A stretch of DNA of 64,000 nucleotides from Epiperipatus broadwayi (Eukaryota; Animalia; Onychophora). The position numbers and the translations under genes were made by a program. The stretch lies in assembly GCA_028023455.1 (NCBI GenBank), contig JAQFVV010000002.1:13020001-13084000 (forward strand). The letters run 5' to 3'. Position 1 is the stretch's first letter; every line of letters begins with the position of its first letter. Shown piece by piece: positions 53,377 to 63,634 of the stretch. The notes under the pieces are model-generated. The model did not search any database, was not told the DNA's origin, and was given only the letters and a program-made list of their open reading frames with translations.

Positions 53377-56300
53377 TTGCTTCTCAACAGACTAAAAGAT
53401 TTAAGTCTTACCTTTCAAATTAGAACACACAATTCTTCCTTCACACACTACTACTCTTAAGAAAAATAATAATAAAATCAGTCTGAAATTTTTTATTTGG
53501 ATTTATTGATTTTTGTTAATTGGGGATTTGTTTTTGTTAATTGTAATATTAATTAAATTATAAATATGCGACTTTTTTTTTTTCCGCATTAAATAGTGAA
53601 GCTATAATTTTACACTAATTTATAATAGGTTTGCTTAGTGCTTTCGAGATTTCATGTTCGAATCTCGTACTCATAGCTTTGTAAATAAAGATTGTTATTA
53701 ATTAAAATTTTAATATTTGATCAACTATAAACTCATGCAAACATTTTAACTTTTGATGAAATTTAAAATGCTATGCATTTGTTAATTGTAAAATAAATAT
53801 TTTCATTTAACCATGTTTTTTTTATTAATTCTCATGCTAGTTTATGCATTTTTTTCTGTTGCCATATTTTTATTTAAGCACGTTTGCATTCTGTCACCAT
53901 ATTTTAAGATTTAAATACTTTTGTTTAAGCACATTTTTTTTATTAATTCTTATATTTGTTTAATAATTTACTTTTTTTGTCAAATGTTAATATTTGCTAA
54001 ACATTAAATATTGGTTTTGAAATACTTTTTTTTCCATTTAACATAATATCCAGGTAGTATTTTGATTTTAATATTTGCTAATTATTATTTTAGGAAGCAC
54101 TCTACAACATTTTCTGACAATCCTCATTAGTTTAGTAATTTATTTTGAGGACAAAATATCAGGAATAGTTTTATAGGTTATTTGTATAAAATACCTTTGT
54201 CTTTTTTAATTTTCAGTAAAATTTGAATATTTTTATGTATACTGGCTAAAATTTTATGAATAGCTTTATAGGCACAATAAATATAATATTGAAGATTAGT
54301 TATCACTTTGTTATGTAAACTATGCTTCTGTGGCACCCTTAGTGTCAAATATGTGCAGATGTAAGGCTTTTTTTATTGGGAAATCAAAATGCAATAATGT
54401 GAAATGATTAAATGAACATAAAGCTTTTATGTAAATACATGAAAAATAACAATAGCAAACTTTCCATATAGTAATGGTGATCATGTGATGTGGTGGTGGT
54501 TATATAAAAAATAAAAAATTAATGCTTTAATAATTGCTCGAGTTTTCTTAAATTATGACTACATAATTTTGACTACATACAGCCACCTCATTTGTGAAGA
54601 GCCAATTCTCACTTGTAGACACTATATGTTTGTGAAAATTTATGTTTTTTATGTGTAATTATCTAACCTAGTGCAATGTAGTGAAGTTACCATTATTTAC
54701 TGTTGATTCAAGTGGTCACTCCAAAATTACTTGATATTCCACTGGTGTATCACAATCCATATCTTGTCCATCATTTCATATAGCTTTAGAATAATAGCAT
54801 TAATGATCTATATTGCTTATCTATGCTTCAAATCTAAGTTTCTTAAGTATATTTACTTTTTTAAATAGCTGACTAATCTAGCTATGAACAATAGTTAAAT
54901 AAATTAATAATCATATCAAAAGCAACTAGATGAGTGCTAATGCACTAATAATAAAAATCAAACATTATTTTAAATGATGCAACTTTCATCACTAATAAAA
55001 AAGGGCATATATTTATGTCTATAATATATTTTCAATTTACAACTCACCTCCATCTCATTTTTAATTATAATCTTTAGAAATTAAAAGTCTAAATTTGTTA
55101 TAGATGAAAGGGGTCATATCACTTATTTTTCATAATGAAGTCAAAAACTCGTTTCTTTTTCTAAAGTAAAACAGTGAGCACGTAAATTCTTTTTAAAATT
55201 AAAGAATAACTATAAGTTGCTCATTGCAAGATCAGTTAAATATAGGTTTGGTGCCTCCGATCTTATTTTTTCTTAGAATGTTTAAAGTTATCACAGCATT
55301 ATGAGAATATGCATTGTCATGATTTGAGCATTAAGTTCTCAGATCATAGCAAACTTAGGATAAGCAGACATGTGTTATAAGATGTTTGTGAAGTCTTCTG
55401 TCCCTCTAGCTTAATAGTTTCATCAGTTCTGTAATTCTGAAGAGAACAGCTTACATTACTTTTTTTCATCAAACATTGTCGTTTCACAATGGTGAATCTT
55501 TTTCAAATACTCATATTCTAATTTCTTGACATATTGGCACATCATATAAATAAATATAAGTGTCATTATCTCTTATAATTTTAGAAATGACTCAGTGGCC
55601 ATCATCATTAACTAATTACAGTTTGTTGACTCATTTTCATGCTCTCGCCTTTTTGATCCTCTATCAATTGATATGGTAACCAACATAAAAGTTTTTTTAA
55701 TCTTTAACTCTTAATGAAGAACTTATATAATCTGAAATTTCAATTCCAATGAATAGTGTGTATCATTTGGTAGGTGCACTAGTTGTTTTCTGTTAATATT
55801 TTATAGTCATAAACCACATTTTGGGAGGTAACTCTATAGCAGGCCTTTTCATATTTTTGACATCATGAAATGAACTATACCTCCTATAAACTTCCGGTAA
55901 ACTATCCAAAGGCATTTGTCTATGATGGTACTGCAGCACCAAATGCCAAATGTAATTACTGTATTCATTCTTCTTTAGATGAGCCAACTTTAAAATCATA
56001 ATATTATAATATACAATTGCATTTATTTCACTTTTATGACTCTAATGTTGAAGGGTATCTCACAGCTAACAAAATACTAATGCTGCAGTTCAACTGCCAC
56101 CTGTGCATGTATAATACATTGAACTTAACACATATGTAATTAACAATTTATACAGTCACTAGTTTTACCATATCTCAATAATTTCAGAATAATCCTTGTA
56201 TAACAATGTCATATTTTGGAGTTGTCCAGACTGACAGAGCTAGGAAGTCACATTTCAAACTGTGTTGAAATCAATTTGGTAAGTTTTGAGGGGGTGTGCA

Positions 56301-56960
56301 ATAAGTGGCATTATTAAAAAAAGTTTTTTAATTTAATTTAATGATTATTATGCTAATACTAATTTGCAATTTATTGAAAGAAAAAGAAATGAATAAATCT
56401 TAATTTCTCTTCATTATTTACCTAAATCTTGCTTTTTCAAACTGCTGCTCTCATAAACACAATTATCATGGAATTGAGTTTTAACATGTCTAAATTTAAT
56501 TTTGAATACTATAAATATAGCAATGTTGCTTACATTCTCAGATTTTAAAATTTGAATATGAGTAGCTTTTTTATTTATAATAAATGATTTCAAAAAATTA
56601 AAGTAATATAGGAATAGACAATGTATGTAAAAAATATTTTCTAAGAAACTGTTTTTATTTAATTTTATGAATAATGTACTAAAAAATAAACAATTTTTTT
56701 TTCTTGAATCAAAATTTTGGTTGTTATGAGGGGGTACACAAATAAAAAATTGTGTATTTATTTTTAGGTGTTATAAATTTAATCTCCTTCAAAGTGCTGT
56801 CTATTTGATCCAGTGCATTGATCTAAATGTGTTATCTACTTTTCAAATTGAATTTCTTGCAAAGTAATGCCTTTTAATGCTTCCACTTTTTAAAACATTT
56901 TCAAGCCTGTAAAACGTTTTTTTTTTGAGTATTTTTTAATTTAGGGGAATAACAAAGAAA

Positions 56961-57122
56961 CAATTCAAAACAAAGCAAAACTCTCCATATAGTAGTGCCA
57001 TCTTGTGCTAACAAGAGCAATCAATGGATGCCACTACTATATGGAGAGTTTTGCTTTGTTTTGAATTGTTTAATAACAATTATGTGCTAGTATGAGATAG
57101 TGATCATGTGATGTTTAGTGCT
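56961..57122. mobile_element. Family C-related fold-back
   Basis: 13-bp TSD AATAACAAAGAAA (56948-56960, 57123-57135). Internal inverted CTCTCCATATAGTAGTG / CACTACTATATGGAGAG. Shares TCAATGGATGC and GTGATCATGTGATGTTTA with the 60.7-61.7 kb element. Confidence 0.78.
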
Positions 57123-58224
57123 AATAACAAAGAAAGTCATGTGGAGTAAGATCAGAAGAATATGGCAGATAGATAAGATGATGAATGCTGTTTTTGATTA
57201 AAAATTGTTTCACAATTATGGCTTTGTTCAATGGTGTGTTATTAGGAAGATGCCCATTGCCACAAATCAGGACATTTTCATTTTACTGCATCATACAAAT
57301 ATTTCAGATCTTATTGGTAAATGTTTGACAAATACTAAGCGAACAATTCCATTTGCATTAAAACAAATTATATCATCTTGACATTGGACTTTAGTCGCTG
57401 TGCTTTTTTTGGGACATAGAGAATTTGAACTCTTCCATTAAACCACTTTTTAACTTATGGTTTACCTAGAGGTGCTTGTAAACTGTTTCAAATATTACAA
57501 TCATTTCCTTGACACTTTCTCTAACAGAAAACTGAATTTCATGTAGTTCTAACTCTTGGGCCATCACACAAATCAACAAATTAGTAAGATGCACTTAACA
57601 TAAAAATTTACTACATGGCATCATGACTTCTCTTGATGGTGCCAGTTGGAAGAATGATAGAGGGGGGGGTCCTGAATGTCAGGAGCATATATTATATGTT
57701 TCTATTTTTTGCTTAATATTGATTAAATTAATTAATTTATGGATGTATATAACAACTAAAATTATTGTTCAAGAAAAAATATATTTTTGTTCTTTTTTAC
57801 TACAATACTCATCATATTATATAAAAAATATTTTTTATATAATTTTTTTTAATACACAATTCTGCAAACAACCAAATCTTAAATTTTTATGTTTGATTTT
57901 TTTTTCTTGAATTTTTTTTTTTTGTTTAAATTAGCATTAGTTAATAGTTTAAAAACAAAGAGTTCTTCTTGCTCTTTCCACTGCTGTAGATTGTGCAAGG
58001 TGATTCTGATATTAAGACCTATACTATAAAATAAAATGAAAAATAAATATATATTTATATAATATTTGATACAATTTATTTATTTCAACAAAAGTGTTAT
58101 TATATAATTAATATACAAATAATTAATTAATTTCAATTAACAGTGATAGTAGACACAAGAAATAGATATTCATCTAATAAAATACTATGCATGGATAATA
58201 TTTATTTTATAAAGCACAAACAGT

Positions 58225-58315
58225 ATTGAAATTAAACTGAGAGACTGCAAAACTCTCAAGCGCTTATAACTATCAACAGCCAATCAGATTGTAAACACTG
58301 AGACAGAGAATTTAG
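58225..58315 (+). repeat. Dispersed repeat family I (other copies at about 37727-37815 and 44452-44545)
   Basis: Shared AATTAAACTGAGAGACTGCAAA..CTCTC(AA)GCGCTT...CCAATCA. Confidence 0.65.
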
Positions 58316-59067
58316 CAATATAATTTATACTAGAGAATGAACACAATAACAAATCATATATAGAAATCCAAAAAATAGTAATATTTTAACTGAGTTAATA
58401 TGGAATGTGCATGGAATATTATGGGTTCAATTGATTCGAGCCTCTCAAGGCATCAGTCATATCTCTGCAGTAACTGTGACAGTAGGCTTGTGTATTTGTG
58501 CAACCACATTCCCAATTTAAATTTTTTTTATATTCTGTGTCTTTCATCTCTTTGCTTATAATAAATATGTTCCTGAAGTTAAATAAATAATTGAATTTCT
58601 ATAATACATACTATAATATTTTTTATTTCATTTTTTTTTTTGTTTCATTTTTTTTTTTGTTTTTAAAAATAACCATGATAAGTTTAACTTAGTAGGTATA
58701 AAAACTTGAAAAAATGATTTGGGATTAATTCGTAACTAAGAAATATATATAAAAAAATTCAGACTACCAAATGTTTTTTCTATGCCACTTCTTTATTGTC
58801 CCAATATTATTTGATTCGTAAATGATTAAGTAAATAAATATAAAAGGAATTATTTTTATATCTTAAATGAAAGCTATCTCTATAAAATAAATAAATTTTT
58901 AAATGTATTTATTTGTTATCAAGGAAGTTAATTATATTTTCAAATTTTAGGTTTCTTTCAGTGCATTTCTCATCTCAACTCTACATCTCGATCAGTACAG
59001 AAAATCAAACCAGTCTCTCACTATGCATTTTAAGTAAAATAGACAAGGAATAACATATTATTTATAG

Positions 59068-59315
59068 CTGAAACATACAGGCTTATATATACCTGTGTCT
59101 ATATAGGATTGGCTATCTTAATATATATCTGAGCACTTATAGCATATATGTGTGGAGATGGTAATCTGGACCAACTGATGATTGCTGGTTTAGCATGAAA
59201 TATGTATATTAGTGATTATTTATTTTTTCAACATATGTGTTCAAGTGTATCAGTGTTATGAGATAGAGTGGAGAATTGTGGGTTGTGTGAAGATCTGTGC
59301 TCATATACCCTATAT
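59068..59315 (+). mobile_element. Family A copy (same subfamily as 16.7-17.2 kb)
   Basis: 13-bp TSD ATATTATTTATAG (59055-59067, 59316-59328). HHR motif at 59170-59213. The left 40 bp is the reverse complement of the hairpin extension at 17129-17168. Confidence 0.85.
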
Positions 59316-59717
59316 ATATTATTTATAGATATATTTAAATCTTCCATTCACAGTACATTCTTAAAATATATGCACAAAAATATCTGAAAAACAAGACCAA
59401 TGCTCCCTCTTCCCACCCAAGAGGTACATTTTACGCTTAACTAGATCTTTGGCTACAATCTCTTACATATGTTTTTATTATTTTTTCAATATTTATAAAT
59501 AACAAATTATTATAATTTGATTTATAAGTATTAAACTCTGCACTTACAATTTGGACAACAACCATTTTATATAATAGCCTTAATGATTAATACTAATTAT
59601 TTATAAAACTAGATTCTTAACCTAGATATACATTTTAAGTCTCAATTAGAGTATATATGTCTGCATTTTTTAATAGAAATATCAATATCTGAATGCATGT
59701 TCCGTTCATTTTTATAG

Positions 59718-59908
59718 CAATGGAAGCAAATGGTATTCTAGAAGAAAACTTCTTACTCCAACATTTCACTTTCAAATTCTCCAGGATTTTTTTAACATTT
59801 TTTGTGAACAAAGTGAAATTCTTATTGATCTCTTGAAAACTAAAGCTGATGGACAAAAAATTAATTTCTACTCCTACATCTCTCTTTGCACTTTGGATAT
59901 AATATGTG
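59718..59908 (+). CDS. CYP4: Cytochrome P450 CYP4-clan internal exon (191 nt): NGSKWYSRRKLLTPTFHFQILQDFFNIFCEQSEILIDLLKTKADGQKINFYSYISLCTLDIIC
   Basis: Acceptor tttttatag ends at 59717 and donor G/GTAAG starts at 59909. Open frame with the C-helix WxxRRK(L)LTPTFHF and LCxLDIIC motifs typical of CYP4. Phase is compatible with the 32323 exon. Confidence 0.95.
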
Positions 59909-60687
59909 GTAAGAAAGATTTTTATTTTCTCCCCATTAAAATATTTAAAAATTATAAGGATTTTTAAAGTTATTATTCATATGGATTAGTTAATGATATT
60001 TATTTTAAATGATGCTATAACTTATTCGTTTTTATTTGTTCTTGTTATTAATACCTCTAACAATATCTATTGTTCAAAATCTATTTTGCAAACAAAATTC
60101 CAAAAATGGTTTTCAACCTTTTGCAATAAATAAATCACACTGTATTATATTTTAAATTTTTATATTTTTATTTGTAAAATATTTATACATTCTATGAAAA
60201 ATATTTACATATAAATCAAACCATACATCATAAATTTGATATTTATTTTCATTTTATTCAGAATTTGGATTTAAAATGAAATGGTAAAAGATGTATATTA
60301 CTCAAATAAGAAAAAAAAAAGCTCAGTAATTAAGGATTTTTGACTAATGATGTTTTACTGATACTTGTATAAAAAATATTTTGTGGAAGTCAGAAATGGA
60401 ATATCACACAGGTGCAAGAAGTATGTGCTTGGTGTCTCTAAAAGTTAGTAGACTCAAAAAGAGATACATTCTGTGAATCTCAAACGCAGATACCATCTTC
60501 AGTTCGACAATTTTCTATTTGTCAAATGACCAATAGCTTTTTAATGGTTGGTAATTGATTAATCAGATATAAGTAAAATACTATTTAAAATCCTTTGTGC
60601 ATTTATATATATCTATTTATTGTTTAGTCAAATAAACACAACTGATCATTTTTTGAAAACTGCAAATGAATAAAAAAAAGTTCTTAA

Positions 60688-61685
60688 CTGTTGTTAAAAC
60701 AGGCAAAACTCACTATACGTATTGCCACACACAGCAAGCTAGAGTAATCAATGGATGCTAGAAGGCTTGTGCATAAAATCCCCATCTAGTGCCTACTCAT
60801 CAAATATCCCCAGACTAGTTTCTAGCTTGTGGCCTTCATCAGTGAGGAGCCTTGGATCTGAGAGCACTGCACATAGATCTTAGGTTCTAATGCAACCCTC
60901 TAGCAGCCACCTTTTATCTCCACTTAACTACAAAACTATAAGTCTTAAACTGAAAACATCTTAATGTTTTCAATCCAAACCCATTAGCTTATATAGTCAC
61001 ATGAGTCTGAACTCAGTTCAGTACCCATACATTTTGGTGTCTTTGGTTCTTTAATAACCATAGCCACTACTATCCTATTAGTCACTAGATGGGTATTTTA
61101 TGCACAAGCCTTCTGGAATCCATTGATTACTCTAGCTTTCTGTGTGTGGCAATACATATAGTGAGTTTGCCTGTTTTAACAACAGTTATACACAAGCATA
61201 AGAAGTGGGGGTCATGTGATGTTTATTGACTTAAAACCAATCCTGTCTAATAGGATAGTGGTGGCTATGGTTATTAAAGAACCAAAGACACCAAAATGTA
61301 TGGGTACTGAACTGAGTTCAGACCCATATGACTATATAAACTAATGGGCTTGGATTGAAAACATTAAGGTGTTTTCATTTAAGACTCATAGTTTTGTAGT
61401 TAAGTGGAGATAAATGGTGGCGGCTGGAGGGTTGCATTAGATCCTAAGATCTACGTGCAGTGCTCTCAGATCCAAGCTCCTCACTGACGAAGGCCACAAG
61501 CCAGAAACTAGTCTGGGGATATTGGATGAGTAGGCACTAGATGGGGATTTTATGCACAAGCCTTCTGGCATCCATTGATTACTCTAGCTTGCTGTGTGTG
61601 GCAATACGTATAGTGAGTTTTGCCTGTTTTAACAACAGTCATACACAATCATAAGAAGTGGTGATCATGTGATGTTTATTGGCTT
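60688..61685 (+). mobile_element. Family C element: inverted unit, then partial unit, then full about 453-bp unit, with hammerhead motifs
   Basis: 10-bp TSD AAGTTCTTAA (60678-60687, 61686-61695). 60688-61081 is the reverse complement of about 61228-61636. CACTAGATGGG recurs at 61083 and 61536. Confidence 0.88.
61479..61518 (+). ncRNA. Minimal type I hammerhead ribozyme motif (family C)
   Basis: CCTCA CTGACGA AGGC CACAA GCCA GAAA CTAG TC TGGGG: palindromic ACUAGU loop III, GUC triplet, 5-bp stem I with one G-U. Inverted twin at 60808-60847. Confidence 0.72.
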
Positions 61686-61944
61686 AAGTTCTTAATTGCT
61701 TATGTTAGGTGTGTTTAGTGTATTTAATGTCACTTTTTTATAAAGGAAATTTTACATTATCAAATAAGTATTCATGTATTACAAAACATTAATGCTTATG
61801 TTATATACAAAAAACACTGTTTATTGTCATCACTGGTTATTGGAATCTGTATTAAGGATTCATTCAAAATATAAAATTTGTTGCATTTTAGTTAAGGCAT
61901 AATTTAATTAATTTTATTTTACTATTATTTTTACATTAATTTAC

Positions 61945-62850
61945 TTACCTATTCATGGAATAAATAAATCCAATGAAATTATTAAAATAATTCAAGCTAG
62001 ATTCTCAAAAAATCATTTTAAATGAATCTGTAAATAACACCTCCATTTCTGATATATCAATGCTAATCGACCTTGGGGTCATTATATAGTAATAAATTAA
62101 GCATTGATAGTTAAAACAATTGAAATTTTTTATTAGCAGTGATTTTTATTTTATATTAATCAAACTATCTTACAATTTCAAATTTTAATTTATTATAAAA
62201 TTCTTATGATTTTAAGAATGAGCATATAAATAATTGTATAGTTTATCACATATGTAATACAAAGAATAATAAACCTATTCATGGACCAAATAACTCTGAA
62301 TATATTACTAACATAATTCAGAAAATAGATTCTCAAAGAATTATTGAAAATGAATTTGTAAATAACACCCATCTTTTTCTTATAAAACAAATTGAAGGTC
62401 AGATAAAAGTGACCATCTTTTACCTGAAAAAATAGATTGACACTGATATAACAAAAAGATGGACATTATTTACAATTTCATTTAAAATTATTGTTTGAGA
62501 ATCTAATTTATGAATTACTTTAGTAGAATATATTTGGACTTATTTATTCTAGGAATAGATTTATATTCTTAGCATTACATATTTGATAACTTAAATTTAT
62601 TTATATGATTCCTAAAGTCATTAAAAATTTCATCTAAATTAAAATGTAAAATTTTAAGTTGGCTTGATTAATTAAAAACAAAAATTGTTGTTAATAGAAA
62701 GTTTCAACCTTTTGAGTAAAGGTGAGCATTATTTACAAATTTATTTTAAATAATTCTTTGAGAATCTAAGTTGTGAATTTTCTTAGTAACATATTTAGAT
62801 TTATTTGTTCCATGAATAGGTTTATATTCTTAGCAAAACATATTTCACAC
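61945..62850. repeat. Four copies (two direct, then two inverted) of an about 110-bp repeat (family J)
   Basis: CTATTCATGGA...AGATTCTCAAA...AAATGAAT.TGTAAATAACACC at about 61950 and 62277, with reverse complements at about 62463 and 62724. Confidence 0.72.
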
Positions 62851-63546
62851 TTTATAATATTATTTATGTGCTTATTAAAATCATTAGAATTTAATTGACT
62901 TAGCATTTGTTATTTTATTTAACCATGAAGTAGTTTCAGAGCAAACTAAGAAATGCACAAAGTTAAAAGACAAAGTAAAATATACAGCAAAGAAATTCAC
63001 TGGTTAAATTTTAAACTAAGTGAACTGAAAAGAAAATTAAAACACATATAGAGAAAGATCACCAATCTGTGCTATGCATATTACTGATGAAAAACAAAAT
63101 AACTCTGAAGAGGAATTAGAAAGAACTGAAGGAAAAATTAAAAAGGAAGAGCAGATCAAAAACAATCTGAAAAATTAAAACCTTGTGCTGTAGAAGTTAA
63201 GTTCTCAGTAAAAAACAAAATCTGAAAAGTAATCAAAAGAACAAATAACTTTGCAAAGTTTTCATGAAATGAAATAAAAAAGAGGTCAGAGAATTTATAT
63301 GATATAGTGATAAAATTCTATTTGATCAATAAATCACTTAACACTGGAGATATTATAACTCTAAAAATATACATTGAAATGATTGGTAAAAGAAAAACAA
63401 ATATTTCAGAAATGAAATTATGGACATATAAGTTATTTGTTAAATTCTTATTGTAGAAATAATTCTGAATATAATTTTTATTAGGTGGCAGCTAATGGCA
63501 CCAATTTTTTTTTATCAATAGTTATTATTTTACAGAAGAAAGTGTG

Positions 63547-63634
63547 TGTCAAGCATTGGTGGTCTAGCAGTTGGCATGGGTGTCTTCCAACAGCTGGCCC
63601 GGGTTCATTTCCCAGTCAACACATTTGACATAAA
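63547..63634 (+). pseudogene. tRNA-Gly(TCC)-like retrocopy / SINE
   Basis: GCATTGGTGGTCTAG...GTCTTCCAACAGCTGGCCCGGGTTCATTTCCCAGTCAACAC resembles eukaryotic tRNA-Gly(TCC) but has broken stems and a broken T-loop. TSD AAAGTGTG at 63539-63546 and 63635-63642. Confidence 0.72.

Larger units (their letters stand above)
47538..53483 (-). mobile_element. Full-length (about 5.95 kb) L1/Tx1-clade non-LTR retrotransposon, disrupted
   Basis: 15-bp TSD TGAAATTTTTTATTT at 47523-47537 and 53484-53498. A-rich tail on the minus strand at about 47538-47553. ORF1 with CCHC knuckle followed by ORF2 with APE, RT and a C-terminal zinc motif. Confidence 0.92.
32409..59717 (+). other. 27.3-kb GT-AG intron of the CYP4 gene, filled with transposon remains
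   Basis: The two flanking exons join in frame (LLT-S-NGSKW) and give a continuous CYP4 sequence with no missing residues. Confidence 0.85.

Noticed and set aside
56725-56950. Possible second mariner end (TATGAGGGG... TIR-like)
   Set aside because: Too decayed. No partner TIR or translatable motif could be confirmed.
13062-63630. Functional tRNA genes at the four tRNA-like sites
   Set aside because: Broken stems, insertions between arms, altered T-loops, A-tails and TSDs indicate retrocopies.
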